Shown here one piece after another: positions 1 through 8,636 of a DNA stretch of 64,000 nt. Below the pieces are notes generated by a model, which made no database searches, had not been told where the DNA came from, and saw only the letters and a list, made by a program, of their open reading frames with translations. The number at the start of each line of letters is the position of its first letter. Position 1 is the first letter of the stretch. The translations under genes were made by a program, and so were the position numbers. This DNA comes from Hormoscilla sp. (GTDB lineage: Bacteria; Cyanobacteriota; Cyanobacteriia; Cyanobacteriales; Desertifilaceae), in assembly GCA_051439505.1 (NCBI GenBank), contig JBFRWI010000086.1:60116-124115 (forward strand), read 5' to 3'.

Positions 1-1062
1 TATCAGATGATTTGCTGCCTCTAAAATCGGTTCCCGCGATCGATAATTTTCTTCCAACTTTACCAGAGTGCGGGTCTCCTCATCGGGCAGGCGATCGCCA
101 AAATCATGTTGGAAGTCCAGGAGAATGGTAAAATCAGCCATGCGGAAACTATAAATTGACTGGTCGGCATCACCCACTACAAATATCGAACGCTGTTCCC
201 AATCATTGAAGCTATAGGAATTTACTCCCCCTGTGGTCAGCAAACGAATCAGGTCGTACTGAGTATGATTGGTATCTTGATATTCATCCACGAGGATGTG
301 ACGAAAGCGTCGGTTCCAGTAGGCCAATACCTGCTCGTTTTGCCGAAACATCTGCACGGGCACCAGGATCAAATCGTCAAAATCCAGGGCATTATTTTCG
401 GCCAGCTTCTCTTGGTAGATACTGTATACTTGGGAAATGACGCGACCTTTATAATCCGGCTCCGCTTCCTGATAAGCTTGAGGCGACCAGCCTTTATTTT
501 TGCCGTTACTGATGCTATAGCGCACCTTCTTATGGTTAAACTTTTTCGGATCTAGATTCAGTTCCTGAGTAACAATTTGCTTCACCAGTTTTTGGGCATC
601 ATCTTCGTCAAAAATAGAGAAAGTTTTCGTCCATCTGCGTCCTCGTTCGTCTTGGTATTTTTCGATATCGTAGCGCAGCATCCGCGCGCACAAAGCATGA
701 AATGTGCCCACCCACAGGGGTTTAATGTAGCGGTGGTAAATGCGCGATCGCAATTTCATCTGCTCTTCGGGGGTCAAAGCTGACCAAGGTTTATCATACT
801 GGGTGAGAGCCAGTTGTTGGGCAAACAATTGTTCGATGCGATTTTTCATCTCCCGTGCGGCCTTATTAGTAAAAGTGACCGCCAGGATATTTTCCGGATC
901 GACCCCATGCTTGAGAATGAGGTTAGCGATCCGATAGGTTAAGGCCCTAGTTTTGCCAGAACCAGCTCCAGCGGCGACCAGCAAGGGACCGCAAAAATGT
1001 TCGGCTGCTTGGCGCTGACTGGGGTTAAGGGAACTGAGAATGTCATTTTTAGTTTGTGTCAT
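1..1062 (-). CDS. pcrA: ATP-dependent DNA helicase PcrA/UvrD (5' part; runs off the left edge)
   Basis: Manual translation from ATG at 1062: MTQTKNDILSSLNPSQRQAAEHFCGPLLVAAGAGSGKTRALTYRIANL...AVTFTNKAAREMK; the helicase motif II 'ILVDEYQDTN' lies near 265-290. Absent from the ORF track because it has no stop in the window. Confidence 0.95.
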   Translation of the reverse strand, partial: MTQTKNDILSSLNPSQRQAAEHFCGPLLVAAGAGSGKTRALTYRIANLILKHGVDPENILAVTFTNKAAREMKNRIEQLFAQQLALTQYDKPWSALTPEEQMKLRSRIYHRYIKPLWVGTFHALCARMLRYDIEKYQDERGRRWTKTFSIFDEDDAQKLVKQIVTQELNLDPKKFNHKKVRYSISNGKNKGWSPQAYQEAEPDYKGRVISQVYSIYQEKLAENNALDFDDLILVPVQMFRQNEQVLAYWNRRFRHILVDEYQDTNHTQYDLIRLLTTGGVNSYSFNDWEQRSIFVVGDADQSIYSFRMADFTILLDFQHDFGDRLPDEETRTLVKLEENYRSREPILEAANHLI

Positions 1063-1386
1063 GGCTATTATTCGTTCATAATCAGCACGAAACTTGCTTG
1101 CTGTGAGTATTTATTTCTACCTGTGGGTTGCTAATTGACATCGTTTAATGTCTGTGGAGAATATTTTAACATTCCCTAACGGGTTATTGTGGCGATCGCC
1201 TCCATGACCCGATCGCCTCTTCTCGCTCATATCCTAGCAGCTGCCAGAGTCTAGTTACTGGACCAGCGATCCCGTTCCAACCGATCCCGAGCCCTGACTA
1301 CTCGCAACCGCTGGCAAAAAACTATGGTAGACTAAAATTCAGACAGGAGTCATTGGTTGGGGTTGCAAGTCTGCCAAACAGATACT

Positions 1387-2352
1387 ATGGATGCGATCGA
1401 ACTACTGAAGCGGTATAAAGCAAAACAGAGAGACTTCCAGGGTGTAGACCTAGAAGGGATCAACCTGCGGAAGGCGACATTGATGAACATCAACCTGAGT
1501 GGAGCCAACCTGAGTAATGCCAACTTGTTTCTTGCCAACCTGAGCGGTGCTAATCTGGCGCAAGCGGATCTGATTAAAGCCGATCTGTTTGGTGTCAACC
1601 TCATCTGTGCGGATTTGAGTGGTGCCGAACTGATTTTTGTCAACCTGATTCAAGCAGACTTAAGTGGTGTTAATCTTATTTGTGCCAACCTCGCTCAAGC
1701 AAACCTGAGTGGTGCCAATCTCGGGGATGCTAACCTCGCTCAAGCTAACCTGGCTGGTGCTAATCTGATTCAAGCGGATCTCAGGGGTGCTAATTTATCA
1801 GGAGCCAACTTAAGTCAGTCTAACCTAGCTTATGCTCAGTTGAACTACGCTGACTTACACCATGCCGATTTAACTGATGCCAATTTAGCTGGAACTGACT
1901 TTACTGACGCCCTGCTGAATGAAGCTAACCTGAAGGGCACCATCCTGCAACCAATGGCACGCAACTATGAATTTCTGCCTCATCAAAGATTTATGTACTG
2001 GAAGCAGCAATTAAGCTTTCATTCCCACCCAGAGCTGGAAATTGCCAAAGCGCTTGACCGAGCAGGAGTCCTTTATTTTCCTAGCAGTTTAGCGCGGATA
2101 TGTACATCAGAAGGGCCGAAAAACAAAGAGCCTGACTTTCTGGTTTGCTGCCCAACTCCCCAGGGTTTTAAGTGGGGAATTATTGAGGTAGATAACCTTA
2201 ACTACACCCCAGAGCAACAAACCGAAGAACAACAGTGGCATCTACTATTCCAGCAGAACGGAGTACCAGTATACCGATTTGACTGGAACCGATGTGAAAA
2301 TGAACCCGAGGATGTGGTACGGGAATTTCTTCAGCTTTTGAATGATTGGTAA
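1387..2352 (+). CDS. Pentapeptide-repeat protein with C-terminal PD-(D/E)xK / DUF559-Vsr-like nuclease-fold domain
   Basis: About 30 A(N/D)LxG pentapeptides, then 'EIAKALDRAGVLY...EPDFLV...WGIIEVD'. Start placed at the ATG of MDAIELL. Confidence 0.8.
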   Translation: MDAIELLKRYKAKQRDFQGVDLEGINLRKATLMNINLSGANLSNANLFLANLSGANLAQADLIKADLFGVNLICADLSGAELIFVNLIQADLSGVNLICANLAQANLSGANLGDANLAQANLAGANLIQADLRGANLSGANLSQSNLAYAQLNYADLHHADLTDANLAGTDFTDALLNEANLKGTILQPMARNYEFLPHQRFMYWKQQLSFHSHPELEIAKALDRAGVLYFPSSLARICTSEGPKNKEPDFLVCCPTPQGFKWGIIEVDNLNYTPEQQTEEQQWHLLFQQNGVPVYRFDWNRCENEPEDVVREFLQLLNDW

Positions 2353-2377
2353 ATTCCCTTACTTCCTGATATCAAAC

Positions 2378-3268
2378 CTACATTATGGGGGGAGTTGGCC
2401 GATCGCCATTCTGAAAGCGCCGCCAAGCCTCTTTAACCGATGCTGGAGCCGGATGGGTAACATCGTAGGTGACAATAATATTGGTTAAATTCCGCTCGGG
2501 GGGAAGCAGAATCTTGCCACTTTGAGCTAGGGCCAGGGATGCGCCGCCATCCAGATTCATCGCTTCATAACAGCCGATCGCCTTCATCACTTCTGCCTCT
2601 TGCTGTAAAGTCAGGATCGAGAGAAAAGTAATAATAAATATTTTTTGACCGTCGGCAGTAAATCCAATAGCAGTACGATAACTAGAGCCCAATACATTCG
2701 GATCCTTGAAGCCTTCTACCTTGGGGTCGAGCCAAATTTCTCCTGCTTTCATCAGGCGAGGACCGCAGGTGATGGAAAACCAATGTTCCGTCCAGTCTGG
2801 TTTGCCTTCAACCCGCGCGGTAATCATTTCCGGCCTATTCCCTGCTTTCAGTCCCAAAGTCGTACCGAAGTTTTCCCACTGACTGTATTTCAAGAAACGA
2901 CCTTCCGAAACCATATTCCCCATCACCCGCTTTTGAGCATCTTGGCTAAAAAACGTACCGTTATTTACCACCGCCGCCCCCGGATACCTAGCTACCATGC
3001 GAGCAAAAAGTTCGTCCCCGTTTTGGACTCGGTTGCTATTAGCAAGTCTGGCATTGTTGGCTAGACCGATCGTCATTACCGTTTCTCGATCGCTCAGGTC
3101 AATGGCAGTTTGATAGAAGTTAGCACCAGCAACCGTCCGTTTAGTTACCTGTACGGGGGCGGCCCGAACAGGAGAAGCGATCGCCACCCCCTTTGCCACC
3201 GCCGCGCCAGCCAAAAATAACAAACTGCGCCGTCCTATTTTTTGCTCGATCGGGAATCTTGTCTGCAT
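2378..3268 (-). CDS. Phosphodiester glycosidase (NAGPA-like) family protein with Tat-like signal
   Basis: RRSLLFL signal; NGTFF, GPRL, RTAIG and AMNLDGG motifs. Confidence 0.8.
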   Translation of the reverse strand: MQTRFPIEQKIGRRSLLFLAGAAVAKGVAIASPVRAAPVQVTKRTVAGANFYQTAIDLSDRETVMTIGLANNARLANSNRVQNGDELFARMVARYPGAAVVNNGTFFSQDAQKRVMGNMVSEGRFLKYSQWENFGTTLGLKAGNRPEMITARVEGKPDWTEHWFSITCGPRLMKAGEIWLDPKVEGFKDPNVLGSSYRTAIGFTADGQKIFIITFLSILTLQQEAEVMKAIGCYEAMNLDGGASLALAQSGKILLPPERNLTNIIVTYDVTHPAPASVKEAWRRFQNGDRPTPPIM

Positions 3269-3358
3269 TGCCCTAGCCCTAATTTTCGATGATAGCGTTT
3301 TTTTACTTCTTCATTCTTGCTGCCATTAACGAGCTGTCATGGAAAGGCTTTTGTAGTG

Positions 3359-3609
3359 CTAACGCCCGCGAGTACCAAAATCACCTGCATAGGTGGGAAA
3401 TTCCATAACTTCTCCCCGAATCATTTGTGCAACTAATTTAGTTACCTTACCACCAATGCGATCGTTAAACTTAAATAATTCCGATAATTTAGGATCTTCC
3501 ACAATAGTGGACAATCTTGGTTCTCTCACATCTCTTTCAACTGTAAATATAAACTTGTATTGTTCCTTCCCCAAATCTTCTGTTTGATTGCTAAAACTGT
3601 TGCTTTCAT
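3359..3609 (-). pseudogene. Small hypothetical gene, possibly frameshifted near its 5' end
   Basis: 71-aa ORF with a TTG start at 3574. An ATG at 3609 (MKATVLAIKQ) is one base out of frame. Confidence 0.35.
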
Positions 3610-3633
3610 TTTAGCAACCTAACTAACCATTAC

Positions 3634-3692
3634 GGCGTTGCACAACTCCGGGATGATGAGGGTTGCTATCATCGGTAAAAATGTGCAACGCC
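3634..3692. mobile_element. 59-bp MITE, 11-bp TIR GGCGTTGCACA/TGTGCAACGCC, 8-bp TSD ACCATTAC
   Basis: TSD at 3626-3633 and 3693-3700. The right 29 bp recur identically at 15622-15650, and a degenerate reverse copy lies at 42370-42400. Confidence 0.85.
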
Positions 3693-3807
3693 ACCATTAC
3701 CAGGTAAGCTGTCGTGCATTTAAATTGCATAGGCCGAGCCGCCGATATCCTTGCTCTCAGGGACTTTCCCAATTTTTAATTTTTAATTTTTAATTTTGAA
3801 TTGCTTA

Positions 3808-3829
3808 AGGTGGGCAGTGCCCACCCTAC
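3808..3829. repeat. REP-like palindrome GTAGGGTGGGCA..TGCCCACC (dispersed family)
   Basis: Related copies near 5976-6001, 20113-20132, 22407-22426, 27588-27608, 59174-59196 and 62377-62398, mostly just 3' of genes. Confidence 0.75.
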
Positions 3830-3858
3830 ATTTAGTAGCGTAAGGTGGACCGATCGCA

Positions 3859-5115
3859 TTATACAGCCGCCGCCGACTTACTCAATGCTTCCTTCAACAA
3901 CTCAACCTTATCCGTTTTTTCCCAAGGCAAGTCCAGATCCGGACGACCGAAGTGACCGTAAGCAGCCACATCCTGATAAAAACGTCCCCCGCGTTCTCCT
4001 GGCAAGTTGCGCAAATTGAACGCCTGAATAATACCTGCTGGGCGGAATTCAAATATCTTCTTCACTGCTTCCAACAGGCTATCTTCATCTACCTTGCCCG
4101 TACCAAAGGTATCAATTAACATGCTCACGGGACGCGCTACCCCGATCGCATATGACAGCTGCACCTCACATTTTTCTGCTAACCCAGCAGCCACAATATT
4201 CTTCGCCGCATATCGACAAGCATAAGCTGCACTGCGGTCTACCTTGGTGGGGTCTTTTCCGGAGAACGCGCCGCCACCGTGACGGGAATAACCGCCATAG
4301 GTATCGACGATAATTTTACGACCCGTTAAGCCCGCATCCCCTTGAGGACCGCCTACCACAAATTTACCCGTCGGGTTCACCAGAAAGCGGGTTTGATCGT
4401 CAGGCTTGGTATCAATATCTGCGAACGTGGGTTCAACCACTGCTGACCACAGGTCTTCTTTAATCTTTGCCTGCACCGCTGCTTCATCAGTAATCTCGCC
4501 AATACTCGGCGCATGTTGGGTAGAAATCAGAATCGTGTCGATCCCCACAGGCCGTCCGTCTTCATAGGCCACTGTCACCTGACTTTTCCCATCCGGACGC
4601 AGGTAAGGCAATTGTCCTGTTTTCCGCACCGCTGCCAGTCGCCGACAAATCCGATGGGCCAAACTGATCGGTAAAGGCATCATTTCGGGAGTTTCGTTGC
4701 AGGCGAAGCCAAACATCAAACCTTGATCTCCGGCACCCACAGAGTCCAGTTTCTCTTCCGAAGACATCTCCCGTTGTTCCTGGGCGCTGTTCACCCCTTG
4801 GGCAATGTCAGGAGACTGTTCGTCTAAAGCTATCAAAACTGCACAGCTATTGGCAGAGAAGCCACTATCGGCACCCAAGTAACCAATCTCAGTGATTTTT
4901 TTCCGCGCTAGATCGATAAAGTTAATTTGAGCCTTGGAGGTAATTTCACCCGTAATCAAGACTAAACCCGTGTTGACCACAGCTTCCGCTGCTACCCTAC
5001 TGGTGGGGTCTTCCGCCAACAACGCATCCAGGATCGTGTCTGAGATTTGATCGCAGATTTTGTCTGGATGTCCTTCCGTTACGGATTCCGAACTAAATAG
5101 ATAACGACGTGTCAA
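3859..5115 (-). CDS. metK: S-adenosylmethionine synthetase
   Basis: [16 protein letters not shown] and GGGAFSGKD signatures. Confidence 0.98.
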   Translation of the reverse strand: MTRRYLFSSESVTEGHPDKICDQISDTILDALLAEDPTSRVAAEAVVNTGLVLITGEITSKAQINFIDLARKKITEIGYLGADSGFSANSCAVLIALDEQSPDIAQGVNSAQEQREMSSEEKLDSVGAGDQGLMFGFACNETPEMMPLPISLAHRICRRLAAVRKTGQLPYLRPDGKSQVTVAYEDGRPVGIDTILISTQHAPSIGEITDEAAVQAKIKEDLWSAVVEPTFADIDTKPDDQTRFLVNPTGKFVVGGPQGDAGLTGRKIIVDTYGGYSRHGGGAFSGKDPTKVDRSAAYACRYAAKNIVAAGLAEKCEVQLSYAIGVARPVSMLIDTFGTGKVDEDSLLEAVKKIFEFRPAGIIQAFNLRNLPGERGGRFYQDVAAYGHFGRPDLDLPWEKTDKVELLKEALSKSAAAV

Positions 5116-5193
5116 TGATATCTCCTTTATTTGCTAAATTCAATTTTTTCACCCATCACCCCTGTCGATCGGGGATCATTGGCTGATCCCACT

Positions 5194-5967
5194 TTACCCT
5201 ATTACTTGCATTTCGTCTGGTTGAGCGATCGCCACCTCTGCCTTTTCCAGATTTACTGTGCCAGTCCATCCCCAGCTGACTCCCACCACCCCTGCTGCAC
5301 CGGCTGCCCTTCCCATATCAAAATCTGCCGGTGAATCTCCTACCATCAATGTACGATCTGGCGCTACTCCCAGCTGCAGACATGCTTCCTGAAATACTTT
5401 AGGGTCCGGTTTATGCAAGTCGGGAAGCACTCCCATCTTTAAGCTTACGTAAGACTCCAGATTGTATGTCTTAACAAAATCTTTAACATTTTCCGTGATA
5501 TCTGAAGATACAATTCCCACCTTCACCCCTGCTGTCCAAAGAGATTTCAGCAGAGGGGCCGCACCTGCAAATATAGGTGTCTCCAGTGCCTTCCGCTGCA
5601 TATATCCGTCAGCTTCGTCAAAAGCAGAAGCAACAATTTCCAGAGATGCAATCCAATCGCGACCGGTTTCTGCCACGTAAGCAGCGGCAGCAATTTCACT
5701 TTCCCGACGGCTGCCCACCGCCATTAACCCCCCTGGGTTCAATTGATTTTCCTCCAGTCCCAAGGCCATCAGCAGCGGTTCCCCCACACCGGGAATTTGG
5801 GCATCAATCAGGCGCGATCGCCTCAGGGCCAGGCTGCGCAAAAAAGCTTCTGAATTCGCCAGGGTACCATCTTTATCAAAAATCACCGCCTCGATCTGCG
5901 CGAACGTCATCGCACCACACTTAATTCTTGCCAAGGCGTTTACGTTTGCTCCACTCAAATAGCTCAA
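5194..5967 (-). CDS. HAD-superfamily hydrolase
   Basis: Motif I FDKDGTL, KPDP, MVGDS. Exact start uncertain. Confidence 0.85.
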   Translation of the reverse strand: MSYLSGANVNALARIKCGAMTFAQIEAVIFDKDGTLANSEAFLRSLALRRSRLIDAQIPGVGEPLLMALGLEENQLNPGGLMAVGSRRESEIAAAAYVAETGRDWIASLEIVASAFDEADGYMQRKALETPIFAGAAPLLKSLWTAGVKVGIVSSDITENVKDFVKTYNLESYVSLKMGVLPDLHKPDPKVFQEACLQLGVAPDRTLMVGDSPADFDMGRAAGAAGVVGVSWGWTGTVNLEKAEVAIAQPDEMQVIG

Positions 5968-6014
5968 AATATATGTAGGGTGGGTATAATGCCCACCCTA
6001 CATCAACGCTATAC

Positions 6015-7358
6015 CTACTCAGCCGAAACCAGCTCGGACTCCTTCTGCTCCGTCGCAGTGGGTAATTCTTCTGTCCCAGGGGGGGTATCCTCTGAAATCT
6101 CATCTGCCATCTCATTTGATGTCTCGTCTGATGTTTCAGCTGCCATCTCACTTGATGTCTCATCTGATGTTTCAACTGGCGTTTCCGCTGCTGTCTCATC
6201 TGATGTTTCAACTGGCGTTTCCGCTGCTGTCTCATCTGATGTCTCAACTGGCGTTTCCGCTGCTGTCTCATCTGATATCTCAACTGGCGTTTCCGCTGCT
6301 GTCTCATCCGATATCTCAACTGGCGTTTCCGCTGCTGTCTCATCCGATGTCTCAACTGGCGTTTCCGCTGCTGTCTCATCTGATGTCTCAACTGGCGTTT
6401 CCGCTGCTGTCTCATCTGATGTTTCAGATGCAGTCTCATCTGCTGGTTGTTCGCCTTCCTGTTGAGAGCGCAGTTTTTGGCGATATTTTTCTGCCATTTC
6501 TTCTGCCTTGTCGTAAACCAGCTGAGGATTTTTCACCATATCCCCTGGTTCTGGCTCCAACTGTTTGGTAGAAAGCGATATCCTGCCCCGTTCCGCATCC
6601 AAGTCAATGATCATCACTTTGATTTCATCATTAACATTGAACACGCTGTGAGGGGTATCGATGTGGTCGTGAGAAATTTCCGAAATATGCAGTAGGCCGC
6701 TGACACCGCCAATATCGATAAAGGCACCATAAGGTTTGAGTCCCCGCACCGTACCGATGACCACTTCGGTAACTTCCAAGCGGTTCATCTTCCGCTCCAC
6801 CAGCGCTCGTCTGTGACTCAGCACTAGCCGGTTCCTTTCTTCGTCTACCTCCAAGAACTTCAGAGGTAGTTCTTCTCCCATCAGATCGTCCTTGTTTTTG
6901 CGGGTACTGATGTGAGAACCGGGAATAAAGCCCCGCAACCCTTCTATTCTGACCAATGCCCCGCCCCGGTTGGTCGCAAATACTTGCGATCGCACCGTTG
7001 CATCTTCGGCCTGCAACTGTCGCACTCGTTCCCAAGCCCGCATATACTCTATCCGGCGGATGGAAAGCGTCAGTTGTCCGTCTTCATTCTCATCTGTCAG
7101 GATAAAAAACTCGCGAGTCTCATTCGATTGCAACACTTCCTCCGGACCTTCTATCCGGTTGATTGACATTTCCTGAATCGGTATGTATGCAGCTGTTTTT
7201 GCACCGATGTCAATCAGAGCGCCCCTCGGCTCCAGGTTAAATACCGTTCCCGCGACAATGTCGCCGGGACTAAAGTGATAGTCGTACTTGTCGAGTAGGG
7301 CTGCGAAATCTGCGTGAGTGAAGCCTATGTCTGTAGCCGTTATTTGCTGATTGACCAT
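6015..7358 (-). CDS. rpsA: 30S ribosomal protein S1 (cyanobacterial three-S1-domain type) with acidic repeat tail
   Basis: FAALLDKYDYHFSPGD start, three S1 domains, GLLHISEIS. Confidence 0.95.
   Translation of the reverse strand: MVNQQITATDIGFTHADFAALLDKYDYHFSPGDIVAGTVFNLEPRGALIDIGAKTAAYIPIQEMSINRIEGPEEVLQSNETREFFILTDENEDGQLTLSIRRIEYMRAWERVRQLQAEDATVRSQVFATNRGGALVRIEGLRGFIPGSHISTRKNKDDLMGEELPLKFLEVDEERNRLVLSHRRALVERKMNRLEVTEVVIGTVRGLKPYGAFIDIGGVSGLLHISEISHDHIDTPHSVFNVNDEIKVMIIDLDAERGRISLSTKQLEPEPGDMVKNPQLVYDKAEEMAEKYRQKLRSQQEGEQPADETASETSDETAAETPVETSDETAAETPVETSDETAAETPVEISDETAAETPVEISDETAAETPVETSDETAAETPVETSDETAAETPVETSDETSSEMAAETSDETSNEMADEISEDTPPGTEELPTATEQKESELVSAE
6102..6425 (-). repeat. 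36-bp coding tandem repeat: 7 near-perfect units (6174-6425) plus 2 degenerate units, encoding E(T/I)SDETAAETPV
   Basis: GTTTCCGCTGCTGTCTCA recurs every 36 bp from 6181 to 6397. Confidence 0.95.
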
Positions 7359-7613
7359 GCTGATTGTTTCCTGGATGATTCTACTCCTTATTTTTTTGTG
7401 TCTTTTACTTCGGTGGACGCTTCCGGTTTGGGAGCCGTCCCAGCCGTGCAGATGAATAGGATCGGATTATCTATTCAGACTGCGGTGAGCGTCCCCGCGC
7501 GTAGCGCTAGTCGAACCGCTCCTGCAAGTCCAGACATATTATCATACCGTAATTTACCCGCTGAGTACAAGCTTTATAACTCAACGGGTAGATTTTTTGC
7601 CTTTATACTTGTT

Positions 7614-8195
7614 CTAGGTCTGTTTTTCTGGCTCAACCGCTACCTCAGTTAATGATGCTGGCGATGCTGGCAGGGTCCCAGTTGCGACGTTGCTATTATA
7701 GATGTCAGCACCTGCGCCATCTTTGAGCAAACGCATCAAACTGGCCATTTCCAGAGCACTCATGGCATAGTCCCAACCCAGATTACTTTTAATGCCCGCC
7801 CGTTCCAAGGCTTGCTGCATGGTATCGGTGGTCAAGACGCCAAAGATGACCGGCACTCCCGTCTGTAAGGCTGTGGCCGCAATTCCCTTGGATACCTCAG
7901 CTGAGACGTAGTCAAAATGGGGAGTTTGACCCCGGATCACGGCACCCAAGCCAATTACGGCATCATAGCGATTGCTGAGCACCAGTTGACGGGCCACGAT
8001 GGGGATTTCCCAACTGCCAGGCACCCAAGCATAGTCTACTTGAGTGCCTAGAGGATTGATATCGACCCCGTGGCGTTTCAAGCAATCTTGACATCCGGCT
8101 AACAGCTTGTTTGTGACCAGGTCGTTGAAGCGACCGATCACGATCGCAAACCGTAATGATGAAGCCCGATCGAATGTTCCCTCGAAAACTGTCAT
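7614..8195 (-). CDS. ribH: 6,7-dimethyl-8-ribityllumazine synthase
   Basis: [30 protein letters not shown]. Confidence 0.97.
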   Translation of the reverse strand: MTVFEGTFDRASSLRFAIVIGRFNDLVTNKLLAGCQDCLKRHGVDINPLGTQVDYAWVPGSWEIPIVARQLVLSNRYDAVIGLGAVIRGQTPHFDYVSAEVSKGIAATALQTGVPVIFGVLTTDTMQQALERAGIKSNLGWDYAMSALEMASLMRLLKDGAGADIYNSNVATGTLPASPASLTEVAVEPEKQT

Positions 8196-8305
8196 GTTAT
8201 TTGTTGGTGGTCCGTTGCGTAGGACGGGCGGTGCGCCTGTCCAAAGTCACTGTTAACTGGTGGGCAGGGTACGTCGATCGCGACCACTGACCGATCGCAT
8301 ACCGT

Positions 8306-8494
8306 TCAAACCACCAAAAAATTCAAGGCACCCACGATCAGCACTAGAAGCACCCAGATCCCAGATCCCAGTAAGATCAGGTTTTTAGATTGCTCGGAGT
8401 CTTCAGGGGAAGCATAGGCGACTGGGACACCTACGACCATGACGAAGGACATGATTACCAGAGCAGCTAGTGTAATTTGAAATATGATTGACAT
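8306..8494 (-). CDS. psbZ: Photosystem II reaction centre protein Z
   Basis: 62 aa, two TM helices, [21 protein letters not shown]. Confidence 0.95.
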   Translation of the reverse strand: MSIIFQITLAALVIMSFVMVVGVPVAYASPEDSEQSKNLILLGSGIWVLLVLIVGALNFLVV

Positions 8495-8636
8495 GTTTGC
8501 TCTCCTAACAACAGCGTCTGACTAGACTATACCAGTACGGCTAGCAATCTTAAGCTACCAAAAAATGATCCTCAAGCGCAGAGATTTAACTCCTAGCATG
8601 GGGAAAAGACTGACTGCCTTGGTGACGGAGCCAAAT

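Noticed and set aside
265..937. Plus-strand ORFs 265-555, 577-783 and 740-937
   Set aside because: Antisense shadows of pcrA.
6174..6425. 36-bp repeats as CRISPR; the overlapping ORFs 5921-6439, 5980-6465 and 6116-6571 as genes
   Set aside because: No spacers. The ORFs are alternative-frame shadows of the rpsA tandem repeat.
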